From: Bacillota bacterium | Lineage (GTDB): Bacteria; Bacillota; JAAYKD01 | DNA length: 64,000 nt | Direction of reading: 5' to 3' | NCBI GenBank assembly: GCA_963666425.2 | Contig: OY762825.2 | Location: 1,952,001-2,016,000 of the forward strand | Part shown: positions 28,301 to 38,030 of the stretch, piece by piece | Layout: the number at the start of each line of letters is the position of its first letter | Position numbering within the stretch: position 1 is the stretch's first letter | Notes under the pieces: model-generated | Databases searched by the model: none | The model's input: the letters and a program-made list of their open reading frames with translations, nothing else | What the model was told of the DNA's origin: nothing | Translations under genes and position numbers: made by a program

Positions 28301-29518
28301 ATGGCAAGATTCACATTACCGCGGGATATATATCATGGCAAAGGAGCATTAGAGGCTCTGAAATCATTTCAAGGTCAACGGGCAATTGTCTGTGTTGGCG
28401 GCGGCGCCATGAAGCGCTTTGGCTTTTTGGACCGTGCGGTCGGTTATTTGAAAGAAGCCGGCATGCAGGTTGAAATATTGGATGGCATCGAACCCGATCC
28501 TTCCGTAGAAACCGTAATGCAAGGCGCCGAAGTCATGCTGAAATTCCAACCGGATTGGATTATCGCCATGGGCGGCGGCTCGCCGATTGACGCTGCCAAA
28601 GCCATGTGGATTAAATATGAATACCCGGACATCACTTTCCCGGAAATGTGCAAAGTCTTTGGTCTGCCGACCCTGCGTAAGAAAGCGCATTTCTGCGCCA
28701 TTTCCTCTACGTCCGGCACAGCCACCGAAGTAACGGCATTTTCCATCATCACCGACTACAGCAAAGGCATCAAATATCCCATCGCCGATTTTGAAATCAC
28801 ACCGGATGTGGCGATTGTGGATCCGGATCTCGCCGAAACCATGCCGCAAAAATTAGTGGCCCACACCGGCATGGACGCCATGACGCATGCGATTGAAGCG
28901 TATGTCTCAACCGCCAACTGCGATTTCACCGATCCGCTGGCACTGCATGCCATGCGCATGATTCAAAACGATTTGGTGAAATCATATCAGGGTGATATGT
29001 CAAGCCGCGATAAAATCCATAACGCGCAGTGCCTGGCCGGCATGGCGTTCTCCAATGCGTTGCTGGGCATCGTGCACTCCATGGCGCATAAGACCGGCGC
29101 TGCCTTTGCCGATTGTGGCGCTCATATTATCCATGGTGCTGCCAATGCCATGTATTTACCGAAAGTGATTGCTTTCAATGCCAAGAATGCAACGGCTGCT
29201 CAGCGCTATGCTGAGATTGCCGATTTCCTGGGCCTTGGCGGTGAGACGGCAGAGCAAAAAGTTCAGCTCCTGATTGCGTTTTTGCGTCAGATGAACCGCG
29301 ATCTGAAGATTCCGCTCTGCATTCAAAATTATGGTCCGGACGGTTTGCCCTGCGAGAACGGTTTTGTGCCCGAAGCGGTCTTCTTAGAACGGCTGCCTGA
29401 GATTGCGGTCAATGCGCTGGGCGATGCCTGCACAGGTTCCAATCCGCGCCAGCCTTCCGTGCAGGAGATGGAAAGATTGCTGAAGTGCTGCTATTACGAT
29501 ACCGAAGTGGATTTCTAA
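28301..29518 (+). CDS. Iron-containing alcohol dehydrogenase (clostridial butanol dehydrogenase type)
   Basis: MARFTLPRDIYHG, GGGSPIDAAK, TSGTATEVT, DAMTHAIE, HSMAH, HG; GGGGAGG RBS. Confidence 0.92.
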   Translation: MARFTLPRDIYHGKGALEALKSFQGQRAIVCVGGGAMKRFGFLDRAVGYLKEAGMQVEILDGIEPDPSVETVMQGAEVMLKFQPDWIIAMGGGSPIDAAKAMWIKYEYPDITFPEMCKVFGLPTLRKKAHFCAISSTSGTATEVTAFSIITDYSKGIKYPIADFEITPDVAIVDPDLAETMPQKLVAHTGMDAMTHAIEAYVSTANCDFTDPLALHAMRMIQNDLVKSYQGDMSSRDKIHNAQCLAGMAFSNALLGIVHSMAHKTGAAFADCGAHIIHGAANAMYLPKVIAFNAKNATAAQRYAEIADFLGLGGETAEQKVQLLIAFLRQMNRDLKIPLCIQNYGPDGLPCENGFVPEAVFLERLPEIAVNALGDACTGSNPRQPSVQEMERLLKCCYYDTEVDF

Positions 29519-29529
29519 AAAAATCGATC

Positions 29530-29567
29530 AAAAAAGACTGTTGCCCGCGTGGCAGCAGTCTTTTTTT
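29530..29567. terminator. Bidirectional terminator
   Basis: AAAAAGACTGTTGCC-CGCGT-GGCAGCAGTCTTTTTT. Confidence 0.8.
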
Positions 29568-29591
29568 AAAAGCAAACGGTGCACTGGACGC

Positions 29592-30593
29592 TCATTCAAG
29601 GGCTTCGCTGTGTTCCTGCGGCGGCAAATGCAGGACATAAACCGTGGTAGCGGCAGTTGGAACGCTGTTTGTGAACGGTTCAAAAAGAGTAAAATCCTCT
29701 GGCCTGACCGAAAAAGCCAGGTGATTGATCCCGAGACGATGCGCTCGTCCGATCACGGCGGCGATCAAGCCGGCAGTCAGCCGTTTCCCCCAAAGATGGA
29801 CAGCGGCGGTATCATAAAGTCCGGTGCGGTCGCGCAAAACGCACAGGGATTTCTCATTGCCTTCCTGCAGGATAAAGCTCATTTCCCTGGGACGCAAATT
29901 GAAATCAATGGCATACTCGCCCGGTTCTTCCTCATCGGAGAGCAGCTGCAGCAGTTGGGTTTGAGAAACAATGCGGCCGGAGAGCGGATTTTGCGCAAAA
30001 AGCGCGCTGTCGGTTTGGGTTTGCCAGAGTCTGCGCAGTGAAACCGTGCGGACCCGCAGCGGCGAAGCCTGTGGACGCTGCGTACTGACATTGATTTGGT
30101 AATATTCCATTTCTTTTTGCATGGAGAATTTCTCATAAAAGGCGGCGGCAGCCGGATCATAGGTGGTGAGCGTTGCGCAGCCGATTTGTCCCAGCAATTC
30201 CAGCGCATCCTGCATCATCAGCGTGCCGACACCCTGCCCTCTGTAATCCGCATGGATGTACATGACGGAAAGATTGGCATTGTAACCGTAGAGCGGGTCG
30301 TCGCCAAGAATCAGTTCCAGTTCCCCAACGATTTTACCGTTCAGTTCCGCAACCAGCGGGATATGTCCCTGCAGCAAAAGCCGGTTGAGATGGATGGCGC
30401 AGAGTTCGGGGCTCATCCAGGCGCCGCCGTGTTCCCAGCGGTCCAGGAGACTGCAGTCACGCCATTCGGCTTCGACGCGCGGCTGGCTGCCGTCTGCTTC
30501 GGTCAGGCGGCGATGCCAGACTTTTACATCGCTGCGGTGAACTTCGTGAATCCCTTGCGTATCCGCCAGGGTGGCGAAGCGAATCAATAACAT
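29592..30593 (-). CDS. GNAT family acetyltransferase with C-terminal extension
   Basis: IHADYRGQGVGTLMM, AAAFYEKF; likely start 30593 after GGGAGG. Confidence 0.75.
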   Translation of the reverse strand: MLLIRFATLADTQGIHEVHRSDVKVWHRRLTEADGSQPRVEAEWRDCSLLDRWEHGGAWMSPELCAIHLNRLLLQGHIPLVAELNGKIVGELELILGDDPLYGYNANLSVMYIHADYRGQGVGTLMMQDALELLGQIGCATLTTYDPAAAAFYEKFSMQKEMEYYQINVSTQRPQASPLRVRTVSLRRLWQTQTDSALFAQNPLSGRIVSQTQLLQLLSDEEEPGEYAIDFNLRPREMSFILQEGNEKSLCVLRDRTGLYDTAAVHLWGKRLTAGLIAAVIGRAHRLGINHLAFSVRPEDFTLFEPFTNSVPTAATTVYVLHLPPQEHSEALE

Positions 30594-30681
30594 TGAAAAT
30601 CCCTCCCATTTCAAAAGTGTTTGTGCTATAATAACCATAAAGCATCAGCCTGACGATCGGGCTGCCAAGGGAGATGAAGCG

Positions 30682-31398
30682 GTGTCTGCTTTCTTATTGC
30701 CGGCCGACTGGCAGGCGCAGCTGACTCAGGTGATCCATACGCCGGAGTATCGAGAAATGCTGCTGCACTTGCAGCAGGAGTATCAGCAGAGAGTCGTTTA
30801 TCCCCCGGCGGAGCAGGTGTTTCGAGTCTTTCAAGCGGTTCCTTTTGCGCAAGTCCGGGTCGTGATTCTGGGGCAGGATCCTTATATCCATTTCGGCGAA
30901 GCAGAGGGTTTCGCCTTCTCCGTTGCGAAAAATAGAAAAATTCCTTCCAGTTTGCGCAACATCCAGCGGGCGTTGACGGCAGACTTAGGGCTGGCCATGC
31001 CGCCGCACGGCCATCTGGCGGCCTGGCTACCTCAAGGAGTTTTTTTGTTGAATACAATCCTGACGGTAGCCGGTCCCAGTTTGGATGCAGTCCGGCAGGG
31101 TGCGGCCGCCACGGCAACCGCCGGCAGTCATCGCGGCCTCGGTTGGGAAAGTTTCACCGATGCGGTGATTCAAAGCCTCAGCCAAAGACAACAGCCGTTG
31201 GTTTTTATGCTCTGGGGCAAAGAAGCGCAGACCAAGCGGGCGTTGATCGATACCGATCGCCATTGCGTACTGGAAGCCGTGCATCCCAGCGGTTTATCCG
31301 CCTGGCGGGGTTTTCTCAGCTGCCGTCATTTTTCGCAGGCGAATCTGTTTTTAGAAAAGAATGGCCTGCCGCCGGTTGATTGGAATTTACCAGCCTAA
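30682..31398 (+). CDS. ung: Uracil-DNA glycosylase (family 1)
   Basis: VVILGQDPY, QGVFLLNTILTV, VFMLWG, HPSGLS; probable GTG start at 30682. Confidence 0.92.
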   Translation: MSAFLLPADWQAQLTQVIHTPEYREMLLHLQQEYQQRVVYPPAEQVFRVFQAVPFAQVRVVILGQDPYIHFGEAEGFAFSVAKNRKIPSSLRNIQRALTADLGLAMPPHGHLAAWLPQGVFLLNTILTVAGPSLDAVRQGAAATATAGSHRGLGWESFTDAVIQSLSQRQQPLVFMLWGKEAQTKRALIDTDRHCVLEAVHPSGLSAWRGFLSCRHFSQANLFLEKNGLPPVDWNLPA

Positions 31399-31416
31399 GG
31401 AAGGGGAAAGAGACAG

Positions 31417-31977
31417 ATGGCAAAATTATATTTCCGTTATGGTACCATGGGCAGCAGCAAATCCGCGCAAGCCTTAATGGTGGAGTTCAACTATCGCGAG
31501 CGAGGTTATCAGGTGCTGCTGGTCAAGCCTTCCCTGGACACACGGGAGGAGAATGCCGTAATCCGCTCCCGGGTTGGTCTGGAAGCACCCTGCAAATTAC
31601 TCAACCGGGAACAAACCTTCGCCGAATTGCTGCAGGCGGAACATCAGGTGATCATTGTTGACGAAGCCCAGTTTTTAACCGGCCAGCAAGTGGAAGAACT
31701 GAAAAACATCACGGTCGATCGCGATATGCCTGTCTTATGCTACGGCTTGCGCACGGATTTTCGCACGCGGCTATTTGAAGGCAGCGAGCGCTTAATGGAA
31801 TTGGCGGAGAGTGTGGTAGAGATCAAATCCATCTGTCACTGCGGCGCCAAAGCAACCATCAACGCGCGCTATAACGAACACGGCATCGTCTACGAAGGCG
31901 CACAAATTGAAATTGGCGGCAACGAACGCTACACGCCGCTTTGTTATAAATGCTGGCGCGAAGGCAAGCTGACCTAG
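31417..31977 (+). CDS. tdk: Thymidine kinase
   Basis: YGTMGSSKS, VDEAQFL, YGLRTDF, CHC...CYKC. Confidence 0.95.
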   Translation: MAKLYFRYGTMGSSKSAQALMVEFNYRERGYQVLLVKPSLDTREENAVIRSRVGLEAPCKLLNREQTFAELLQAEHQVIIVDEAQFLTGQQVEELKNITVDRDMPVLCYGLRTDFRTRLFEGSERLMELAESVVEIKSICHCGAKATINARYNEHGIVYEGAQIEIGGNERYTPLCYKCWREGKLT

Positions 31978-32047
31978 ACATACCTTGCAGACCTGGTGCG
32001 CTTATGTTACAATTTAGAGAAAGCAGTAAGAGAAAGGCGGCGATCCC

Positions 32048-32521
32048 ATGGCCAAGGAAACCGGCAACAAGCAGCTGGCGCAGAACCGCAAAGCGCGGCA
32101 TGATTATTTCATCCTGGAAACCTTCGAAGCCGGCATTGAATTGCGGGGCACGGAAGTAAAATCAATCCGCGGCGGCCGCTTGAACCTAAAAGACAGCTAC
32201 GCCCGAGTGGAAAAGGGCGAGTGCTGGCTGCAAAACGTGCATATCAGCCCTTATGAAGCCGGTAACCGCTTCAATGTGGATCCCCTGCGGGCGCGCCGTT
32301 TGCTTTTGCATAAGCGCGAAATTCTTAAGCTGCAGAGCGCCATCAAAGAAAAAGGTCTGACCTTAGTGCCGATTTCTTTCTATCTGAAAGATGGCCTGGT
32401 CAAGGTGGAACTGGGAATTGCCCAAGGCAAAAAAATGTATGACAAGCGGGACGATGAAGCCGATAAAGCGGCAAAGTTGGAAAGCGCGCGCGCCAGTAAG
32501 CTAACCAACCGTTACAATTAA
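32048..32521 (+). CDS. smpB: SsrA-binding protein
   Basis: [41 protein letters not shown]. Confidence 0.97.
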   Translation: MAKETGNKQLAQNRKARHDYFILETFEAGIELRGTEVKSIRGGRLNLKDSYARVEKGECWLQNVHISPYEAGNRFNVDPLRARRLLLHKREILKLQSAIKEKGLTLVPISFYLKDGLVKVELGIAQGKKMYDKRDDEADKAAKLESARASKLTNRYN

Positions 32522-32551
32522 ACTCCTGACAGAATCTCGCAAGGCAATAAC

Positions 32552-32580
32552 TTGACAAGCGGGTAAAAACTGTGTATAAT
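32552..32580 (+). promoter_or_regulatory. Consensus sigma-A promoter of metK
   Basis: TTGACA-17 bp-TATAAT about 20 nt upstream of the riboswitch. Confidence 0.85.
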
Positions 32581-32599
32581 TTTTTCTGACAATTAAATT

Positions 32600-32698
32600 C
32601 TCATCAAGAGCGGTGGAGGGACAGGCCCGATGAAACCCGGCAACCGGCTGCTAGACGGTACGGTGCCAAATCCTGCACAAAAGCTTGTGGCAGATGAG
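32600..32698 (+). ncRNA. SAM-I (S-box) riboswitch
   Basis: CTCATCAAGAG-CGGTGGAGGGACAGGCCCGATGAAACCCGGCAACC...GGTGCCAAATCCTGC...AGATGAG; upstream of metK. Confidence 0.95.
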
Positions 32699-32713
32699 TG
32701 TATATGCAAAATA

Positions 32714-32750
32714 CAAAGACCTCTGCTTTTTATTTAGCAGGGGTCTTTTT
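32714..32750 (+). terminator. SAM-I expression-platform terminator
   Basis: AAAGACCTCTGCT...AGCAGGGGTCTTTTT. Confidence 0.85.
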
Positions 32751-32813
32751 GCGCCGACAGGTCAGCGCAAGACCTGTCAGTACACGGTTTGATCTTAAGG
32801 TAGGGGGGAAACA

Positions 32814-34031
32814 ATGATGAACAAAGAACGTCACTATTTCACTTCGGAATCGGTTACCGAAGGACATCCTGATAAGATGTGCGATCAGATTTCCGATGGC
32901 ATTCTCGATGCGATTTTAAGCAGCGACAAAGGAGCAAGAGTCGCCTGCGAGACCATCGTCTGCACCGGACTGGCGCTGGTCATGGGGGAAATCACCACTA
33001 CAACCTATGTGGATATTCCCAGTATCGTGCGGCAGGTCATCGAGGAAATTGGCTACACCCGCGGTAAATATGGTTTTGACGCAGAAAACTGTGCTGTGCT
33101 CACATCCATCAACGAACAATCGGCGGATATCGCCATGGGGGTCAATGCAGCCCTGGAATTGAAGGAAAGCAGCGACAAAGAAACGGCGGACGATTGGCTG
33201 GGCGCCGGTGATCAGGGTATGATGTTTGGCTTTGCCTGCAATGAAACACCGGAACTGATGCCCGCTCCGATTCAGTATGCCCATCAGCTGACCCGCAGAC
33301 TGGCGGCGGTGCGCAAGGCAGGTTTGCTGCCCTGGCTGCGGCCGGACGGCAAAAGCCAGGTGACTGTTGAATATGAGGGGAATATCCCGGTGCGCATTGC
33401 AACGGTGGTCTTATCCACCCAGCATGCGCCGGATGTTTCGCAGGAAGAAATCCGCAGAGAAATTTTGCAGCAGGTGATTATTCCGGCGTTGCCCGCGCAT
33501 TTACTGGATGAGAAAACCCGTTATCTGATCAACCCAACCGGACGGTTTGTGATTGGCGGTCCGCACGGCGATTCCGGCTTGACCGGCCGCAAAATCATTG
33601 TCGACACCTACGGCGGCATGGCCAGCCACGGCGGCGGCGCTTTCTCCGGCAAGGATCCAACCAAAGTCGATCGTTCGGCAGCCTACATGGCCCGTTACAT
33701 CGCCAAGAATATCGTGGCGGCGGGTCTGGCCGATCGCTGCGAACTGCAGCTTGCCTACGCCATCGGCGTAGCGCAGCCGGTATCGGTGATGCTGAATACC
33801 TTCGGCACCGGCAAGTTAGCGGAAGACCAGCTGGTCAAACTGGTGCGCCAGTACTTTGACATGCGTCCGGCCGCTATCATCAACCGCTTGAACCTGCGTC
33901 GTCCCATCTATCGTCAGGTGGCCTGCTACGGCCACTTCGGACGCAGTGATTTAGACCTTAGCTGGGAAAAGACAGACATGGCTCAGATTCTGGCCAACGC
34001 CGCACTGAAAATCAGCGCGTCAGCCGAATAA
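32814..34031 (+). CDS. metK: S-adenosylmethionine synthetase
   Basis: [35 protein letters not shown]. Confidence 0.98.
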   Translation: MMNKERHYFTSESVTEGHPDKMCDQISDGILDAILSSDKGARVACETIVCTGLALVMGEITTTTYVDIPSIVRQVIEEIGYTRGKYGFDAENCAVLTSINEQSADIAMGVNAALELKESSDKETADDWLGAGDQGMMFGFACNETPELMPAPIQYAHQLTRRLAAVRKAGLLPWLRPDGKSQVTVEYEGNIPVRIATVVLSTQHAPDVSQEEIRREILQQVIIPALPAHLLDEKTRYLINPTGRFVIGGPHGDSGLTGRKIIVDTYGGMASHGGGAFSGKDPTKVDRSAAYMARYIAKNIVAAGLADRCELQLAYAIGVAQPVSVMLNTFGTGKLAEDQLVKLVRQYFDMRPAAIINRLNLRRPIYRQVACYGHFGRSDLDLSWEKTDMAQILANAALKISASAE

Positions 34032-34047
34032 TCGGCAGAGCAATTTT

Positions 34048-34101
34048 AAACTCCCCTGGATCATCGCAACCCAATGCTGCGGCGATCCAGGGGAGTTTTT
34101 T
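34048..34101 (+). terminator. Rho-independent terminator after metK
   Basis: AAACTCCCCTGGATC...GATCCAGGGGAGTTTTT. Confidence 0.8.
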
Positions 34102-34196
34102 GCTTGGATTCGCCTCTGTCCTGTGCTATAATCAACAGGAAACTGGTGATTGCAGGGAAATCGATTTTCCCTCTCAAGAGAAAGGCGGCGGCTGGC

Positions 34197-36416
34197 ATGG
34201 TTTTATTGGAAGGCACGGTACGCAGAATTACTTTTCATAACGAAGAGAACTTTTATACTGTACTGCGTCTGGAACTGCCGGGCACAAAACTGCCAATTAC
34301 AGTGGTCGGTCACTTTCCCGCGGTCAAAGAAGGAGAGCAATTGCGTCTGGAGGGCGACTGGATCAACCATGCCACCTTCGGTCGGCAATTCCAGGCCGAA
34401 AAGAGTGAAGTTCTGCTGCCAACCACCGAGAACGGTCTGATTCGCTACCTTGGTTCCGGTCTGCTGAAAGGGATCAAGCAAAAACGAGCAGAAGCCATGG
34501 TGCAGCGATTCGGCAAAGACATTCTGCGCGTGATCCGGGAAGAGCCGCAGCGGCTGCAGGAGATTCGCGGCATCACGGCCAAAATGGCTGTGCAGATGCA
34601 GCGGGATCTGCAGGCGAATCAGCAAATTGAAGCTTTTATGATCTATTTGCAGGGTTTTGAGATCAGTCCGCATCTGGCGCTGCGCATTTATAAACATTAT
34701 CAGGGACAGGGCGGCGTCGATATGATCGCTCTGATCCGCGAAAATCCCTATCGCCTGGCCGATGAAGTGTTTGGCATTGGCTTCCGCACCGCCGATGAAA
34801 TCGGCAAAAAGCTGGGTGTGCTGGATGAGGATCCCAAACGCCTGCGCGCCGGGCTCAGCTTTGTCCTCAGCGAGCAAGTTAATGACGGACATTGCTATTA
34901 TCCGGAAGAACTCTTACTGGAAAAAGCGGCGGAATATCTGAAGGTGGAAAATGCCTTGCTGCAGACGGCGTTGCTGTCTTTGCTGAGCGGCGGCGATTTT
35001 GTGGCGGAAGTGGAAGCCGGCGGCAAGCGGCGGATTTATTTGCTGCCCTTCTATCTGGCCGAAACCAACACAGCACAGCGGCTGCAGCTGCTGTTGAATT
35101 TAGGCGCGGCGAATCTGCCGACTCTGCTGCAGGATACCGCCGGGGAGAGCGATTTTCAACAAAAACTGTTGCAATTGCAGGAACAGCAGCAGATTACGTT
35201 TGCGCCGGAGCAGCGCTTTGCTTTACAGGAGGCTTTGCATAACAGTCTGACGATCATCACCGGCGGACCGGGCACCGGCAAAACCACCATCGTGCGGGCT
35301 TTGGTGGCGCTCTATCTGCAATTGGGTGCCAAAGTTTTATTGGCGGCGCCTACCGGCCGGGCGGCTAAACGTCTGAGCGAAGTCACCGGGCGGGAAGCGA
35401 AAACGCTGCATCGTCTGTTGGAATACAGCTTTGTGGCCGGCAGCGGCATCGACTTTGCCCGCAATGAGGATAACCCTTTGGGCTGTGATCTCTTGATTGT
35501 GGATGAGAGCTCGATGATCGACTGCCTCTTGTTTTACCATTTACTGAAAGCGCTGCCCAACGGCTGTCGTTTGATTCTGATTGGAGACCGCGATCAACTG
35601 CCCCCCGTTGGCCCCGGCAATGTGTTGAAAGATCTGATTGCTTCTGGTGTGGTGCCGGTGGTGCAGTTGCAGACCGTTTTCCGGCAGGCGGCCGAGAGCC
35701 GCATTGTGACCAACGCGCATCGCATCAACCGGGGAGAAGTGCCGCTTTATGGGGAACAAAACAGTGACTTCTTTTTCATGGAAAAAGAAAATGGCGAAGA
35801 AGCCCTGCAGCTGGTCTGCGATTTGGCAGCCGAACGCCTGCCCAGCTTCCTCAATCTCGACCCGCTGGAGGGAATTCAGGTGCTGACCCCGATGCGCCGC
35901 GGCAGCGTAGGCGTGGAGAGTTTGAACCAGGCCTTACAGCAGCGCCTGAATTCGGCCGCAGCGAGCAAAGCAGAACTGCAGCGTGCCGGCGTGGCGTATC
36001 GTTTGGGTGATAAAGTCATGCAAATCCGCAATAACTACGATAAAGCCGTATTCAACGGCGATATCGGCCGTATCACCGCTGTGGATACCGCAGAACAAAG
36101 CCTGATTGTAGAGTATGTTGACGGGGAGGGCAGCCATTTGATTGCTTATGAGGACAACGAACTGGACGAACTGGTACAGAGCTATGCCATTTCCGTGCAT
36201 AAGAGCCAGGGCAGCGAATATCCCGTGGTGATCCTGCCGCTGCTGACCCAGCATGCCGTGATGCTGCAGCGCAACCTCCTGTATACCGCCGTCACCCGCG
36301 GCAAAAAGCTGGTGGTTGTGGTTGGCAGCAAACGCGCCATGCAGATGGCGGTTCAGCGCAATGATGTCGCCGTGCGCTACACTGCCCTTGCCGAGCGCTT
36401 GAGGCTGGGCCGATGA
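34197..36416 (+). CDS. recD2: ATP-dependent RecD-like DNA helicase (RecD2/YrrC)
   Basis: N-terminal YrrC region, GGPGTGKT, LAAPTGRAAKR, VDESSM, HKSQGSEY, YTAVTRGK. Confidence 0.92.
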   Translation: MVLLEGTVRRITFHNEENFYTVLRLELPGTKLPITVVGHFPAVKEGEQLRLEGDWINHATFGRQFQAEKSEVLLPTTENGLIRYLGSGLLKGIKQKRAEAMVQRFGKDILRVIREEPQRLQEIRGITAKMAVQMQRDLQANQQIEAFMIYLQGFEISPHLALRIYKHYQGQGGVDMIALIRENPYRLADEVFGIGFRTADEIGKKLGVLDEDPKRLRAGLSFVLSEQVNDGHCYYPEELLLEKAAEYLKVENALLQTALLSLLSGGDFVAEVEAGGKRRIYLLPFYLAETNTAQRLQLLLNLGAANLPTLLQDTAGESDFQQKLLQLQEQQQITFAPEQRFALQEALHNSLTIITGGPGTGKTTIVRALVALYLQLGAKVLLAAPTGRAAKRLSEVTGREAKTLHRLLEYSFVAGSGIDFARNEDNPLGCDLLIVDESSMIDCLLFYHLLKALPNGCRLILIGDRDQLPPVGPGNVLKDLIASGVVPVVQLQTVFRQAAESRIVTNAHRINRGEVPLYGEQNSDFFFMEKENGEEALQLVCDLAAERLPSFLNLDPLEGIQVLTPMRRGSVGVESLNQALQQRLNSAAASKAELQRAGVAYRLGDKVMQIRNNYDKAVFNGDIGRITAVDTAEQSLIVEYVDGEGSHLIAYEDNELDELVQSYAISVHKSQGSEYPVVILPLLTQHAVMLQRNLLYTAVTRGKKLVVVVGSKRAMQMAVQRNDVAVRYTALAERLRLGR

Positions 36417-37147
36417 GTAAAACTCCCTGGCGTTATAACCCTTGGCTGCAGGCGGTCGGCAATCTGCTTTTTCCGCCGCTGCGGCAATGTTCGCTCTGTC
36501 AGGCAAAGCTCGAAAAAGAAAGCGATCATGGCGTCTGTCCAAACTGTTCTGCCGGGCTGCCTTTTTTGGCGGATCCCGTTTGTCCCGTCTGCGGCACGCC
36601 GTTTCCGGGCGGTGAAATTTGCGGCGTTTGCCGGCAGCGGCAGACACCTTTTACCGCCAATCGCTCCCTGCTTGCCTATCAAGACAAAGGCCGCGATTTG
36701 ATCTTGGATTATAAATACCGCTTCCAGCCCTCGCTGGCTGACTTTTTTGCCGCCGAACTGACGGCGCGGCGTCTGCCGCAATACCATTTTGAGCAGCCGC
36801 CTTGGCTGACTTGGGTACCGATGACCCGCTCCCGCCTGCGTGAACGCGGTTATAATCCCGCTTTGCTCTTAGCGGAAGCGCTCAGCGTGACGAGCGGTTA
36901 CCCGCTGCAGAATACCCTGGTCAAAACGAGCCAGCCGCCCGATCAGCATGGTCTCAACCGGGAACAGCGCTGGCAGGTGCTGGCGGATGTTTATCAGCCG
37001 ATTGCCCGCCTGCAGGCCGCCGGGCAGGTTTATTTGCTGATTGATGATGTTTACACCACCGGAGCGACATTGCATTTTTGCGCATCCGCGCTGCGTAAAG
37101 CCGGTGCCAAAGAAGTTTTCTGTCTGACTGCCGGCCTGACACTTTAA
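36413..37147 (+). CDS. ComF/ComFC family protein (double zinc ribbon + PRTase domain)
   Basis: Four CxxC, RERGYN, LIDDVYTTGATL. Confidence 0.9.
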   Translation: MSKTPWRYNPWLQAVGNLLFPPLRQCSLCQAKLEKESDHGVCPNCSAGLPFLADPVCPVCGTPFPGGEICGVCRQRQTPFTANRSLLAYQDKGRDLILDYKYRFQPSLADFFAAELTARRLPQYHFEQPPWLTWVPMTRSRLRERGYNPALLLAEALSVTSGYPLQNTLVKTSQPPDQHGLNREQRWQVLADVYQPIARLQAAGQVYLLIDDVYTTGATLHFCASALRKAGAKEVFCLTAGLTL

Positions 37148-37278
37148 GGGATTGCGGTAAATGTTGCTTTGAGACAACCGAAAAAAGAAGGAAAATGAAA
37201 TTGGTCTGTTGAACTGTAACAATAAGACAGGTGAGTAAGCCTCCTGTCGGGTTAGTATCACAAGAAAGAGGTGTGACT

Positions 37279-37824
37279 ATGAACCTACAGATCAAAGCGA
37301 AACATTTCACTCCCAATGAAAATCAGATCAGTTACGCAAACAAAAAGCTCAGTAAATTCGACAAACTGCTCAACCGGGAAATCGATGCCACGGTCAACTG
37401 CAGCAGAGTCAAAGACCAGGAACGAGTGGAGATCACAATCACAGCGGCCGGGTTCCGTCTGCGCGCCGAAGTCATTGCGCCTGAATTTTATGTCGCCTTC
37501 GATGCCGCTGTTGACACATTGGAAAGGCAATTGGATAAATATAAAACACGCTGGAATACCAAGCGCAAGAGCGGAGATTCTATCCGTACCGGCGCTTGGC
37601 TGCCGGAAGAAGAAAATCTGGCAGAGAGAGAACTCGAAGACCCGGAAATCATTCGTGTCAAACGATTTGCCTTAAAGCCAATCAGTCCGGAGGAAGCCAT
37701 TATGGAAATGGAAATGCTGGCGCATACCTTCTATATGTTCCTCAATGCCGAAACCGAAGAAGTTAATGTGGTTTATCGCCGCAACGATGGCAAGTATGGT
37801 TTGATCGAACCGGAACTGAAGTAA
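37279..37824 (+). CDS. hpf: Ribosome hibernation promoting factor (long HPF)
   Basis: LERQLDKYK; C-terminal KRFALKPISPEEAIMEMEMLAHTFYMF..VVYRRNDGKYGLIEP. Confidence 0.93.
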   Translation: MNLQIKAKHFTPNENQISYANKKLSKFDKLLNREIDATVNCSRVKDQERVEITITAAGFRLRAEVIAPEFYVAFDAAVDTLERQLDKYKTRWNTKRKSGDSIRTGAWLPEEENLAERELEDPEIIRVKRFALKPISPEEAIMEMEMLAHTFYMFLNAETEEVNVVYRRNDGKYGLIEPELK

Positions 37825-37849
37825 ATCAACCCGCAAAGCAAAAAGCTAG

Positions 37850-37881
37850 AACCCCTCGGCCGTTGGCCGAGGGGTTTTTTT
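37850..37881 (+). terminator. Rho-independent terminator after hpf
   Basis: AACCCCTCGGCC-GTT-GGCCGAGGGGTTTTTTT. Confidence 0.88.
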
Positions 37882-38030
37882 GATTCTACCAAAAAGGATG
37901 GTTGACTTAGCCGGATGAATGGTTTAGAATGGTAAAAATAATAGAAGCAAATTAATTCCTATTTAGCGAATGGATGATGAGCGCTAGACGGAATTGAGGT
38001 ACAGAGCGCAGCGGTAAAGGAGCAGATGAA

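Noticed and set aside
32522-32810. tmRNA (ssrA) next to smpB
   Set aside because: The space is fully explained by the metK promoter, SAM-I aptamer and terminator; no tRNA-like tmRNA ends seen.
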